Below are positions 18,828 to 28,480 of a stretch of DNA of 64,000 nt, one piece after another. Where the stretch lies: positions 72,244-136,243 of the forward strand of contig CAVIIZ010000001.1 in the NCBI GenBank assembly GCA_963642995.1, written 5' to 3'. Position 1 is the stretch's first letter. Every line of letters starts with the position of its first letter. The position numbers were made by a program, and so were the translations under genes. The stretch is from a bacterium (GTDB lineage Bacteria; Actinomycetota; Coriobacteriia; Coriobacteriales; QAMH01). A model generated the notes under the pieces. It did not search any database and was not told the origin of the DNA. It was given only the letters and a program-made list of their open reading frames with translations.

Positions 18828-20551
18828 CTCCCCTTTCGAGAATATCCGCGCGGCGATCTCGCGTTGTCGCGGGATGCGCCCGCCCCGTGCGTGCTGCCGC
18901 TTGCGGCGCCGCGACGGGCGGAGCTGTCGTGCGCGTTGCCGCGCTCGGCGCCGTCGCGCGCAAACCTGCCCGGGCGCGTGCGGCCGCCCGCGCGCCCCGA
19001 TTCTGTCGTGTTGCGCGCCGGACGCCCTGGCGCGCGATGCGCATGCCCGCTGCCTTCGGCTTTGCGGCCGCGCTCGCGCCTGCTGTCGCGCGCGCCTGCC
19101 CGGCGGGTCTTCCGGCCGCTTTCGCGTCGGGGGGCTCCCGGACGCGGCGCCTTCTCGGCATCGCCTGCCCTCTCGCCGCGCAAGGCCCTCTCGCCATCCC
19201 GTGCCCGCCCGAGGCGAGGCGCCCGTCCGCCGGACGAGGCCCTGCCCGCCGGACGGGCCTTGCCGTCATGCGGACCGGCGCCCGCGCCCGCCCGAGCGCC
19301 GTCTCCCGACGCGGAGCCCACCACGTGCAAGGCCGCGCGGCGCTTCTCGCTCTGCGCGTTCACGCGGCTCGAAAACGACACGGACAAGACGAGCCCCACC
19401 ATGGTGAGCGTCGCCACGAGCGAAGAGCCTCCGTAACTCAAAAACGGCAGGGCCTTTCCCGTGACGGGCAGAAGGCCGATGACGCAGCCCATGTTCACGC
19501 AGGCCTGGAAGGCGATCATCACCGAAAGCGAGCCGGCGACCGTGCACCCGAGCATGTCGGGGGCGTTGCGGCATATGCGTATGCCCGCGTAGGTGAACAA
19601 GGCGAAGAGGAGCACTATGGCGACGGTGCCCGCCAGCCCGAACTCCTCGCCTATGACGGCGAAGATGAAGTCGGTGTGGGCATAGGGCAGGTAGAGGTAC
19701 TTCTCCTGGGACAGCCCCAGCCCCGCGCCGCCCGTGCCGCCGAGCGCCAGGGCGTACAGCGACTGGATGGTCTGGTAGCCCGCGCCGCTCTGGTCGCTCC
19801 ACGGGTCGAGCAGCGTCTTCAGCCGCTCCAGGTGGTAGGGCTGCACGATGCAGACGAATACGGCGTAGAAGGCGAGCACCCCGATCCCGATGAACACCAC
19901 CTTCCAGGGCAGGCCCGCGAGCACGGTGGCGGCGAGCAGCCCGATGAACAAGATGATGACGGTGCCCAGGTCGGGCTGGCGGAATATCAGGAGTATGGGA
20001 ATGGCGATGGTCGCGATGAGCGCGATTATGAAGTGCTTGAACTCGAGACAGCCGTTGCGGTATCTGACCACGAGGCAGCACACGGCAAACACCGTGGTGA
20101 TCTTCGCGAACTCGGCGGGCTGGAGCGCCATGCTGCCGATGACGATGGAGCGCTCCGCGCCCAGAGCCTGGGTGCCGAATCCTATCTGCGTGGCCACGAG
20201 CAGCAGCGTCGTGAACACCCACAGGCCGCCGAAGAGGAGGGGATGCGCCCAGAAGGTGTAGGGCACGCGGGCGAAGAAGACGCAAAACGCTATGCCGACG
20301 AGAAGGAAGACCGCCTGGCGGCGCACGTAGAAGGCCGGGTCTCCGGTGTCGCTGTAGGCCTGCACCGAGGAGGCCGAGTAGACCTCGACGAGCCCGATGA
20401 TGCACAAGAGCACCACCGCGGCGATGAAGAGCAGGCGCGGCACCATGATCTTTGCCGGGGTGCGCATGAGGCGCGCGGCGCCTTCCGCGGCGGCCGTGCG
20501 GCGCGAGGGCCTGGACGGAGAGGCGGATGCAGATGAAGACGGGGAGGCCAT
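18824..20551 (-). CDS. ftsW: SEDS-family peptidoglycan glycosyltransferase FtsW with ~180-aa Arg/Gly-rich C-terminal tail
   Basis: Multi-TM FtsW/RodA/SpoVE sequence (…LQPAEFAKI…, …HTDFIFAVIGEEFGLAG…, …GLLPVTGKALPFLSYGGSSL…). ATG 20551 lies 13 nt after the murD stop. The frame stays open through a basic low-complexity tail to 18824. Confidence 0.9.
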   Translation of the reverse strand: MASPSSSASASPSRPSRRTAAAEGAARLMRTPAKIMVPRLLFIAAVVLLCIIGLVEVYSASSVQAYSDTGDPAFYVRRQAVFLLVGIAFCVFFARVPYTFWAHPLLFGGLWVFTTLLLVATQIGFGTQALGAERSIVIGSMALQPAEFAKITTVFAVCCLVVRYRNGCLEFKHFIIALIATIAIPILLIFRQPDLGTVIILFIGLLAATVLAGLPWKVVFIGIGVLAFYAVFVCIVQPYHLERLKTLLDPWSDQSGAGYQTIQSLYALALGGTGGAGLGLSQEKYLYLPYAHTDFIFAVIGEEFGLAGTVAIVLLFALFTYAGIRICRNAPDMLGCTVAGSLSVMIAFQACVNMGCVIGLLPVTGKALPFLSYGGSSLVATLTMVGLVLSVSFSSRVNAQSEKRRAALHVVGSASGDGARAGAGAGPHDGKARPAGRASSGGRAPRLGRARDGERALRGERAGDAEKAPRPGAPRRESGRKTRRAGARDSRRERGRKAEGSGHAHRAPGRPARNTTESGRAGGRTRPGRFARDGAERGNAHDSSARRGAASGSTHGAGASRDNARSPRGYSRKGR

Positions 20552-20564
20552 GGACGCGCCCGCC

Positions 20565-21938
20565 CTACTCGCCTTGCACGTCGGCGCGATGTGCCGCGAC
20601 GAGCTGCTTGAAGACGTCGCCGCGCTCGGAAAACCCCGAGAACTCGTCGAAGGACGCACATGCCGGCGAAAGCAGGACGGCGTCGCCTTCCCGCGCGGCG
20701 GCGCAGGCGGACGCGAAGGCCTCGCGCATGCCGGGCGCGCGCAAGACCTCGACGCCGGCCGCATCGAAGGCGCAGGCGAAGCGCTTCGCGGCCTCGCCAT
20801 AGCAGACCACGCAGGCGCAGGCCCTTTCTGCGGCGCCGGCCAGCGCGGACAGCGGGCCGTGCTTGTCGCGGCCGCCCGCGAGCAAGACGACCGTGCCCGG
20901 CGCGAAGGCCGCAAGCGCCTTCACCGTCGCGTCCACGTTCGTGGCCTTCGAGTCGTCGTAGAAGGCGACGCCGGCCACTTCGCCTGCCGGCTCGATGCGG
21001 TGCGCGAGCGCCGAGAAGGAGCGCAGGGCAGCCGCCACGCCGTCCGGCTCGCAGCCTGCCTCCAGGGCGGCCGTGGCGGCGGCAAGCGCGTTTTCCACGT
21101 TGTGCGCGCCGCGTATCTGCAGCTCGTCTGCCGTGCACAAGGCCAGATCGCCTGCGCCGGGGCGCTTCACGCGCAAGACGGCGCCGGCGTCCTGGAAGGC
21201 GCATCCCGCCTCGTCTTGCCCGCCCACGACGACGACGCGCACGCCGCGCGCGCGCAAGGCGCCCGTTTCCGAGGCCGTGCACACGCCCGCGCCGAGCACC
21301 GCGCAGCTGCCCGCCTCCAGGTTGGCGAGCAGTTTCAGCTTGTCGCGGCGGTAGGCCTGCTGCGATCCGTGCCAGGAGAGGTGGTCGGAGGCGATGTTTA
21401 GGAGCACGGCCACGTCGGGTGCGAACGAATCGGTCGAGGCGAGCTGAAACGACGAGAGCTCGGCTACGATGGTCGCGCCCTCCCCGCGCGTGCGCACGGC
21501 CTCCAGCGTCGTCGTGTCCTGGGTGTTGCCGCAGGCGATGGCCTCATGTCCGCAGGCGGCGAGTATGTGGGCGATCAAGGCGACGGTGGTCGTCTTGCCG
21601 TTGGTGCCCGTGACCGCGATCCAGCGCGCCGGCGAGATGCGCCAGGCGTATTCGGGCTCGCCGATGCAGCAGACGGCATGCGAGCGTCCGGCCTCGTAGA
21701 AGGCGCTCGTGGCGGGGATGCCCGGGCTGGGCACGCACACGTCGAAGCTGCCCTCGACGCGATCGGTCAGGCGCACGTCGGCGCCCGCCGCCGAAAGCCC
21801 GGGCGCGGCGGCGCGGTTTTCCGGGGAGTCGGCGCCGGCGAAAAGCACGACCTCATGTCCTGCCAAAAGCGCGTCATGTGCCACCGCTTGCCCGCTGACG
21901 CCTGCACCCAGCACGCAAAGACGCTGCCTGTCCGCCAT
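20565..21938 (-). CDS. murD: UDP-N-acetylmuramoylalanine--D-glutamate ligase
   Basis: CVLGAGVSGQAVA...VTGTNGKTTTVALIAHIL...ELSSFQL...DDSKATNVDA. ATG 21938 lies 17 nt after the mraY stop. Confidence 0.93.
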   Translation of the reverse strand: MADRQRLCVLGAGVSGQAVAHDALLAGHEVVLFAGADSPENRAAAPGLSAAGADVRLTDRVEGSFDVCVPSPGIPATSAFYEAGRSHAVCCIGEPEYAWRISPARWIAVTGTNGKTTTVALIAHILAACGHEAIACGNTQDTTTLEAVRTRGEGATIVAELSSFQLASTDSFAPDVAVLLNIASDHLSWHGSQQAYRRDKLKLLANLEAGSCAVLGAGVCTASETGALRARGVRVVVVGGQDEAGCAFQDAGAVLRVKRPGAGDLALCTADELQIRGAHNVENALAAATAALEAGCEPDGVAAALRSFSALAHRIEPAGEVAGVAFYDDSKATNVDATVKALAAFAPGTVVLLAGGRDKHGPLSALAGAAERACACVVCYGEAAKRFACAFDAAGVEVLRAPGMREAFASACAAAREGDAVLLSPACASFDEFSGFSERGDVFKQLVAAHRADVQGE

Positions 21939-21955
21939 CTCCGCCGCCCCCTTCC

Positions 21956-22984
21956 CTACACGCGCGACATGAAGTAGAGGGCAAAGCCCAGCGCGGAGAA
22001 CAGCCCCGTGACGATCCAGAAGCGCATCGTGACCTTCGTCTCGGACAGCCCCTTTTGCTCGTAGTGGTGGTGCAGCGGCGCCATGAGGAAGACACGGCGG
22101 CGCGTGCGTTTGAAGTGCAGGACCTGGATGATGACGGAGAGCGCCTCGACGATGAAGATCATGCCGATGATGATGCTGAACAACTCGGTGCCCGTGACGA
22201 CGGCAAGCGCCGCGAACGCCGTGCCCAGGGCAAGCGAGCCCGTGTCGCCCATGAAGATGTCGGCCGGGTAGGTGTTGAACCACAGGAACCCCACGCAGGC
22301 GCCGGCGGCCGCGATGGCAAACACCGCCACGTCGAGCCGGTCGCTTGCGTACGCGACGCCGCACATCGTGATCATCACGATGGTGATGGTGCCGCCGGCC
22401 AGCCCGTCCATGCCGTCGGTGAGGTTGACCGCGTTGGACATGCCGGCCATGAGCAAGAAGACGAAGAGGACGTAGAGCCAGGGGATGCGAAAGCCCGAGA
22501 CGTCGGTCGTGAGCACCCCGAGGTCGATGGAAAACCCGCTCACGGGGACCGTGACGACGGGCTCGATGCCGAGGCAGTTCACCGCCATCAGGCAAAAGAC
22601 GACGGATATGACCGTGAGGGCGAGCATCTTCTGGTGCGGCAGCAAGCCCAGCGAGCGCTCCTTTGCCACCTTGGAGATGTCGTCGACAAAGCCGAGCAGG
22701 CCGGTGAGCAGCGTCGCGCCCAAGACGAGCAGAAGGCGGGCGTTGGGCATGCCGACGAGGAAGATGGAAGCCGTCATCATGAGCAAGATGACGATGCCGC
22801 CCATCGTGGGGGTGCCCTGCTTCACCAGATGGCCCTGCGGGCCGTCGGCGCGGACCTGCTGGCCTATCTGGCGCACCTTCAACAGGCGTATCCACAGCGG
22901 CATCACGATCATGGTGAGCGCCATGGAGATGATGAACGCCAGGAATATCTGGTAGGTGGGGTACGCGCTGAAGAAATCAAACAT
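21956..22984 (-). CDS. mraY: phospho-N-acetylmuramoyl-pentapeptide-transferase
   Basis: ...GQQVRADGPQGHLVKQGTPTMGGI..., NAVNLTDGMDGLA, FMGDTGSLALG, PLHHHYE. 8-nt overlap with the murF 3' end. Confidence 0.96.
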   Translation of the reverse strand: MFDFFSAYPTYQIFLAFIISMALTMIVMPLWIRLLKVRQIGQQVRADGPQGHLVKQGTPTMGGIVILLMMTASIFLVGMPNARLLLVLGATLLTGLLGFVDDISKVAKERSLGLLPHQKMLALTVISVVFCLMAVNCLGIEPVVTVPVSGFSIDLGVLTTDVSGFRIPWLYVLFVFLLMAGMSNAVNLTDGMDGLAGGTITIVMITMCGVAYASDRLDVAVFAIAAAGACVGFLWFNTYPADIFMGDTGSLALGTAFAALAVVTGTELFSIIIGMIFIVEALSVIIQVLHFKRTRRRVFLMAPLHHHYEQKGLSETKVTMRFWIVTGLFSALGFALYFMSRV

Positions 22985-24410
22985 CTGCCTGTTGCGCCTC
23001 CTCGACGATCTTGTCCAAACCCATGAAACGCGACGCCTTCACGAGCACGATGTCTGCGGGTTGCAGATGCTCGGCCAGCCAGGACACGGCGGCGGGCACG
23101 TCGTCGAAATGCTGCACGGCGCCGGCGGGCATGCCGGCCTCGACGGCGGCGGCGGCCATGGCGGCCGACAACGTGCCCACGCACACGAGGCGGTCGACGT
23201 GAAGACGGGCCGCGCTGCGGCCCACCTGCGCGTGGAGCTCGCGCTCATCGGCGCCCAGCTCCCCCATGTCGCCCAAGACGGCCACGCGCTTGCCCTCGCA
23301 TTCCATGTCGCGCAGGGCCGCGAGCGCCGCGGCCATGGAATCGGGGCTGGCGTTATAGGCGTCGTTTACGAAAATCGCGCCGCGCAGGCCGCGCACGATC
23401 TGCATGCGCATATCGGCCGGCACGGCGTCGGCAAGTCCCGCCGCGATCTTTTCGGCAGGCATGCCCAGATAGGACGCGACGGCGGCGGCGGCAAGCGCGT
23501 TTTCCACGTTGTGGCGCCCGCGGACCGCCAGGTGCACCCGCCGCGGCGGCTTGCCGTCGCCGCAGTCGAGGTAGAACGAGGCGCGCGCGCCGGCGTCCAG
23601 CGAGACGTCGCAGGCGCGCACATCGGCCGCCTCGGACAGCCCGAAGCTCTTGCACGCCGTGCCGCGCCCGTCTATGCCGGCCGCCTCGCGGACAAGCGGC
23701 GTGAGGGGGTCGTCGGCGTTCAGCACGGCAAGCCCGTCGGGCGGCAGGGCAGCCGGCAGCTCGGCTTTCGCCCGCGCGATGGCCTCCTGCGAGCCCAAAA
23801 GCTCCATGTGGGCCACGCCTATGTTGGTGACGACGCCGATGGAGGGCTTCGCGAAGGCGCACAGCCGCTCTATCTGGCCGGCGCCGCGCATGCCCATCTC
23901 CACCACGAGCACCTCGGTGTCCTTGGCCGCCGCCAGCACGGTCTGGGGCACGCCCAGCTCGTTGTTGTGGTTGGCCTGCGTGGCGACCACGTTGAAGGAG
24001 CGGCGCAAGACGGCCGCGACGAGGTCTTTGGTCGAGGTCTTGCCGACGGAGCCCGTGACGCCCACGACGATGGCGCGGATCTGCGCGCGCCACCAGCCGG
24101 CGAGCGCGCTGATGGTCGCGACGGCGTCTGCCACCACGACGATGGGACAGGAGAACTCGCCTGCCACCGCGCAGGCGGCGTCGTCCGGGCGGCGCGTGCA
24201 CACCACGCAGCCGGCGCCGGCCATGGCGGCCCGGGCGACGAGGTCGTTGCCGTCGACGCGCGCGCCGCGGGTGGCCAGGAAGATGTTGTCCGCGGCCAGC
24301 TCGCGCGTGTCCCACGTCAGGCCTTTCGCCACGCGGGCCGCGCCGGCCTCGTCGCAGACAAGCTCGCCGCCGCAGACCTCGGCGATCTTTTTCGCGTCTA
24401 TCTCTATCAC
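22977..24410 (-). CDS. murF: UDP-N-acetylmuramoyl-tripeptide--D-alanyl-D-alanine ligase
   Basis: TWDTRELAADNIFLATRGARVDGNDL, VGVTGSVGKTSTKD, NHNNELGVPQT, VVEMGMRG, NDAYNASP. GTG 24410 overlaps the murE stop (GTGA). Confidence 0.92.
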   Translation of the reverse strand: MIEIDAKKIAEVCGGELVCDEAGAARVAKGLTWDTRELAADNIFLATRGARVDGNDLVARAAMAGAGCVVCTRRPDDAACAVAGEFSCPIVVVADAVATISALAGWWRAQIRAIVVGVTGSVGKTSTKDLVAAVLRRSFNVVATQANHNNELGVPQTVLAAAKDTEVLVVEMGMRGAGQIERLCAFAKPSIGVVTNIGVAHMELLGSQEAIARAKAELPAALPPDGLAVLNADDPLTPLVREAAGIDGRGTACKSFGLSEAADVRACDVSLDAGARASFYLDCGDGKPPRRVHLAVRGRHNVENALAAAAVASYLGMPAEKIAAGLADAVPADMRMQIVRGLRGAIFVNDAYNASPDSMAAALAALRDMECEGKRVAVLGDMGELGADERELHAQVGRSAARLHVDRLVCVGTLSAAMAAAAVEAGMPAGAVQHFDDVPAAVSWLAEHLQPADIVLVKASRFMGLDKIVEEAQQADV

Positions 24411-25888
24411 AAGGCGTCGATCTCCTCGGCCGCGACGACGCGGTCGTCGAAGGGCAGTTTCTCGGTGCCCACCATCTGGTAGTCCTCGTGGCCTTTTCCG
24501 CATATGAGCACGGCGTCGCCGCTTTGCGCAAGCGAGAGCGCGAGGCGTATGGCAGACCGGCGGTCGCGCTCGACATGCACGCGCGCGCCCGCTCCCTCCA
24601 TGCCCGGAAGTATCTCGTCGATGATGGCCTGCGCGTCTTCGGTGCGCGGGTTGTCGGAGGTGACGACGGCGACGTCGGCCGCCAGCGCGGCCGCCCCCAT
24701 CTTCGGGCGCTTGTCGCGGTCGCGGTCGCCCCCGCAGCCGAACACGCAGATGACGCGCCCCGGAGTGACGTCTGCCACGGCCGAGATCGCCTTGGCGACG
24801 GCATCCGGCGTGTGCGCGTAGTCCACGAGCACGCCGAAGGGGGGCTGCTTTCCGCCGGCGCCCTGCACGCTTTGCATGCGGCCGGGGACCTGCGGCGACG
24901 AGGCGAGGGCCTCGCAGATGGCCTGCGGGGTGTAGCCCAAGGCCACGCCGACGCCGGCGCACACGAGGGCGTTTTCCACGTTGAAGCGCCCCACCAGCGG
25001 CAAGGCGAACTCGTCTTGGCGCTGTCCGCCGAAAGACAGCGTGAGAAGCGTCGTGTGCGGCGCGTAGACGGCGCGCTCCAAGTGCACGAAGGCCCCGCGG
25101 TCCGCGCCGACCGTCAAGACCTCGAAGCCGGCCTGCGCGCACATCTGCACGAGGCGCCTGCCGTGCTCGTGGTCGATGCAGACGACGCGCGCGCCCACCT
25201 CGTGCTCGGTGAACAGGCGCGCCTTGGCCGCGAAGTACGACTCCATGGTCTTGTGGTAGTCGAGGTGGTCTTGGGAGAGGTTGGTGAAGGCCGCGACGGC
25301 AAAACGCGTGCCCGCGATGCGGTCCAAGTCGATGGCATGGCTGGACACCTCCAACGCGGCCACGCCCACGCCCGCGTCCGCCATGTCCGAGAGCAGCGCC
25401 TGCAAGTCGCGGCTCTCCGGCGTGGTGCGCAGCGAGGGGCGGCGCTCGTCTGCCACGTGCACCTCGACCGTGCCCACGAGGCCGGTCTTCACGTGCGCGG
25501 CGCACGCGGCCATATGCTCGACGAGGAAGGCCGTCGTCGTCTTGCCGTTGGTGCCGGTGACGCCTACGAGGGAAAGCCTTTCGGAGGGGCGGCCGAAGAA
25601 GTTCGCCGCGCACAAGGCCAGCGCGCGCCGCGTGTCCTCCACCAGTATCTGGGGCACGTCGCAATCCTCGAGACGGCGCTGCACCACGAGGGCGGAGGCT
25701 CCCGCGGCGACGGCGGCACGTGCGAAATCGTGCCCGTCGACGCGCGTGCCCGGCACGCAGAAAAACAGCGACCCCGGCTTCACCTCCGAGGAGGCGTAGA
25801 CGACGTCGGCGACGCGCAGGCCGTCGATGCTGCCGTGCACGACGTCGTGGCCGATGCCGGAGAAGACCTTCTCGATTGCAAGCTGCAT
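24407..25888 (-). CDS. murE: UDP-N-acetylmuramoyl-L-alanyl-D-glutamate--2,6-diaminopimelate ligase
   Basis: VGVTGTNGKTTTAFL, LEVSSHA, NLSQDHLDYH, DYAHTPDA, and a DNPR motif (VTSDNPRTED) characteristic of meso-DAP-adding MurE. ATG 25888 has an AGGGA SD; the alternative is TTG 25933. Confidence 0.92.
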   Translation of the reverse strand: MQLAIEKVFSGIGHDVVHGSIDGLRVADVVYASSEVKPGSLFFCVPGTRVDGHDFARAAVAAGASALVVQRRLEDCDVPQILVEDTRRALALCAANFFGRPSERLSLVGVTGTNGKTTTAFLVEHMAACAAHVKTGLVGTVEVHVADERRPSLRTTPESRDLQALLSDMADAGVGVAALEVSSHAIDLDRIAGTRFAVAAFTNLSQDHLDYHKTMESYFAAKARLFTEHEVGARVVCIDHEHGRRLVQMCAQAGFEVLTVGADRGAFVHLERAVYAPHTTLLTLSFGGQRQDEFALPLVGRFNVENALVCAGVGVALGYTPQAICEALASSPQVPGRMQSVQGAGGKQPPFGVLVDYAHTPDAVAKAISAVADVTPGRVICVFGCGGDRDRDKRPKMGAAALAADVAVVTSDNPRTEDAQAIIDEILPGMEGAGARVHVERDRRSAIRLALSLAQSGDAVLICGKGHEDYQMVGTEKLPFDDRVVAAEEIDAL

Positions 25889-25941
25889 GCCTTTTTCCCT
25901 TTGCCGCCTTTTCCCGGTTTGCCCGAAATCCAAACGAGTAT

Positions 25942-27750
25942 TTAACTTCTATCGGGGCTGATTTGGTAGCACCCGATGGCAAACGACATGATATCGGCAA
26001 AAACAGGGCCGCACACCGGCCCTCCGCCCTCCTCCGTCTTGGGCTCTTCCACCGTCACGATGCACACGAGGTCGCTCGTGGATCCTTCGAGCCAGCCGGC
26101 AAACGACACGATGTAGGCGCCCTGGCGGTACTTTCCCGTGTTGTCGGCCACCTCGGCGGTGCCCGTCTTTCCCACCACGTCGAAGCCCTCTATGGCCGCG
26201 TCTGCCCCCGTGCCCTCCTCGCTTGCCACCACCTCGCGCAACATGTCGCTGACCTGCGCGCACACATCGGCGTCGCATGCCGTGGAGGTGGCGGAGAACT
26301 TCTGCGCGTACTCGCGCGAGGCCTCCTCGTCTTGGACCACCTCGGTGAGGAAGTGCGGCGTGCGCAAGGTGCCGCCCTGCTCCAGGGCGCAGTAGGCGCG
26401 CGCCATCTGCAGGGCGCTCGTGCTCAGGCCCTGCCCGAAGGTGATGTTGGCCTCCTGCACGCCGTCCCAGTCCGAGGCCTGCTCCAGCAGACCGGAGACG
26501 ACGCCCGGGAAGTCCGTCTCGGGCTTGACGCCTATCCCGAAGGCCTTGTAGGTCTCGCGCAGCTGCTCGTTGGACAGCGTCTCGCCGGCTTTCACCATGC
26601 CGATGTTGGAGCTTTGCGCGACGATGGACGAGAGGGTCATCTCCGTGTCGCCGTGCTCGTGCGAGTCGGTCACCGTGGAATCGTAGACCTGCAGCGCGGA
26701 GGGGACGGAAAACACGGTGTCGGGCGTCGCGTCCGTGTGCTCGAGGACCGCCGCGGCGGTGAGGGCCTTGAAAGTCGAGCCCGGCTCGTAGGAGTCGTCC
26801 ACGCTCCAGATCTTGCCCACGTCCCTGTCCCAAGACGTCTTCGCGCCCGTCGTCTCTCCCCCCTGCGCGCCTCCCTGCGCCTTCGCGTCTGCGCCTTCGG
26901 CCGTCTCCTCTTTTCGGGTGAACGAGCATGCCGCGTATATCTCGCCCGTCGCCGCATCCACCACCGTGGCAGAGCCGCCCTCGGCCTTGTAGCCCTCGAC
27001 GGCCGACAGCAGGCTCGTCTCGCAGCGCTGCTGCAGCTTTATGTCGATGGAGGTCTTGATGGAGGTGCCGGATCCGTCCGAGGCGTCCGCGCCGTTCGTG
27101 GCGCCGACCATCGGGATGCCCTTCAGCCCCTGCGTGACGTCGCTTGCGTCGCTCGAGCCGGACAAGATGTCGTTGTATTGCATCTCGAGGCCGGCGATGC
27201 CGTTGCCGTCCACGTCGATGGAGCCTATCACCTGCGTGCCGGTCTCGTCGTTGGGGTAGACGCGCTTGCTGTCGGCCAGGTAGTGGACGCCCGCGAGGTT
27301 CTTGGACTTCAGCTCCTCTTTCAAGGCCTGGGCCACGTCGGCGTCGGCCTTGCGCTTGATGTAGACGAAGGAGGTATCGGGCGTCGTCACCAGCGACAGG
27401 CAGTCCGCGTAGGCGAGTTTGTAGGGCTCTTCGAGATGGGAGGCCAGCACGCGCGCGACCTTCTCGGCGTCTGTTATCTCGCCCGGGTCGGCGTAGATGG
27501 TCGTGGCGTCGACGCTGGCCGCGATGGTCTCGCCGTTGCGGTCGTAGATGGTGCCGCGCTTCACGGTCTGCACGACCTCGGCGGTGTGCGAGTCGCGGGC
27601 CTTTCGCGCGTTCTCGTCGGCGTCGATCACCTGCACCCACACGAGACGGGCCACGATGGCGCTGAACAGCACGGCGAACACCAAAAGTATCGTCCAGTCG
27701 CGCGTGGACGGCGCCCTCTCGAATATCGTTGTGCTCTTCTCGCGTGCCAT
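25942..27750 (-). CDS. ftsI: class B penicillin-binding protein / peptidoglycan D,D-transpeptidase FtsI
   Basis: N-terminal TM and PBP dimerisation region (RGTIYDRNGETIA). Transpeptidase motifs are SxxK (GSTFKALT), SxN (QSSNIG) and KTG (GKTGTA). Confidence 0.93.
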   Translation of the reverse strand: MAREKSTTIFERAPSTRDWTILLVFAVLFSAIVARLVWVQVIDADENARKARDSHTAEVVQTVKRGTIYDRNGETIAASVDATTIYADPGEITDAEKVARVLASHLEEPYKLAYADCLSLVTTPDTSFVYIKRKADADVAQALKEELKSKNLAGVHYLADSKRVYPNDETGTQVIGSIDVDGNGIAGLEMQYNDILSGSSDASDVTQGLKGIPMVGATNGADASDGSGTSIKTSIDIKLQQRCETSLLSAVEGYKAEGGSATVVDAATGEIYAACSFTRKEETAEGADAKAQGGAQGGETTGAKTSWDRDVGKIWSVDDSYEPGSTFKALTAAAVLEHTDATPDTVFSVPSALQVYDSTVTDSHEHGDTEMTLSSIVAQSSNIGMVKAGETLSNEQLRETYKAFGIGVKPETDFPGVVSGLLEQASDWDGVQEANITFGQGLSTSALQMARAYCALEQGGTLRTPHFLTEVVQDEEASREYAQKFSATSTACDADVCAQVSDMLREVVASEEGTGADAAIEGFDVVGKTGTAEVADNTGKYRQGAYIVSFAGWLEGSTSDLVCIVTVEEPKTEEGGGPVCGPVFADIMSFAIGCYQISPDRS

Positions 27751-27778
27751 ACGACGGCCCGAAGCGCTGCGCCGCGCC

Positions 27779-28405
27779 CTAGTCGCGGGCCGCGGCGGCG
27801 CGGGCGCTCTCGATTGTGCCGGACACGGATATCTTGCCGTTGGGAAAGGTCGCGATGCGAGGCGCGGCGTCCACCTCGATGAAGGCGGCGGCCGTGTCCA
27901 CGCTCATGCCGAGGCCGGCGGCGGCGGACTCGAGGCGCGCGGGGCTCGTGAGCCGGGAGTGCTCGAGCTCCAGGTTGGTCGTGGAGGCCTGCGCGGTCTT
28001 TATCTGCCCGGCGAGGCGCTCGGTGTTGGCCATGGTCTGCAAGGTCGAGGCGTTCATCCACACGCTGGCGAAGGCGGCGCACGCGATTGCCGCGGCGCAC
28101 GCTATGACGGCTTTGAAGAGCAGGGACTGCGCGTAGCTGATGCCCGCGGGCTTGCGTCCCGCGCCGTCGTGGGCGCGCAGGCGGGGCTTGCGCCCGAGTT
28201 CGCGCACGCGCTCGCCGGTCCCGTGCGCCTCCTCGCGTTCGAGCCGCTCGAAGTCCACGGCCTCCGAGCCGTATGCATAGCGCGAGCGCGCATGTCCCGT
28301 GCGGCCCGCGTCCGCGCGCGTCTGTGCTCGCCGCGTCCGGCCGCTCGTCTGTGCCTCGCCGCGCCGCGAGCCGCTTGCCTGCGCCCGGTACGTGCCGCGT
28401 GCCAT
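27779..28405 (-). CDS. ftsL: FtsL-like cell division protein
   Basis: Lies in the position between rsmH and ftsI. Has a ~90-aa Arg-rich cytoplasmic head, one TM (LLFKAVIACAAAIACAAFASVW) and a short coiled-coil ectodomain (LAGQIKTAQASTTNLELEHSRL). ATG 28405 has a GGAAAGGAGG SD; the earlier track start is unlikely. Confidence 0.7.
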   Translation of the reverse strand: MARGTYRAQASGSRRGEAQTSGRTRRAQTRADAGRTGHARSRYAYGSEAVDFERLEREEAHGTGERVRELGRKPRLRAHDGAGRKPAGISYAQSLLFKAVIACAAAIACAAFASVWMNASTLQTMANTERLAGQIKTAQASTTNLELEHSRLTSPARLESAAAGLGMSVDTAAAFIEVDAAPRIATFPNGKISVSGTIESARAAAARD

Positions 28406-28480
28406 CTCGTGCACCTCCTTTCCTCCTCGCCTGTCCGTTTCGCGAAAACGCGCCCCTCGCACCTGCGCCGCGCGTCTTCG

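Noticed and set aside
16324-19269. Very long track ORFs imply fused or extended proteins: 981 aa at murC, 1007 aa at murF, 738 aa at pgeF, 776 aa at murD, 696 aa at ftsW, 1369 aa at the ExbB-like gene and 1020 aa at ppdK.
   Set aside because: In each case only the C-terminal part matches a protein family, and it begins at an ATG/GTG/TTG with an SD just after the upstream gene's stop. The N-terminal parts run out of frame through the upstream gene and are low-complexity.
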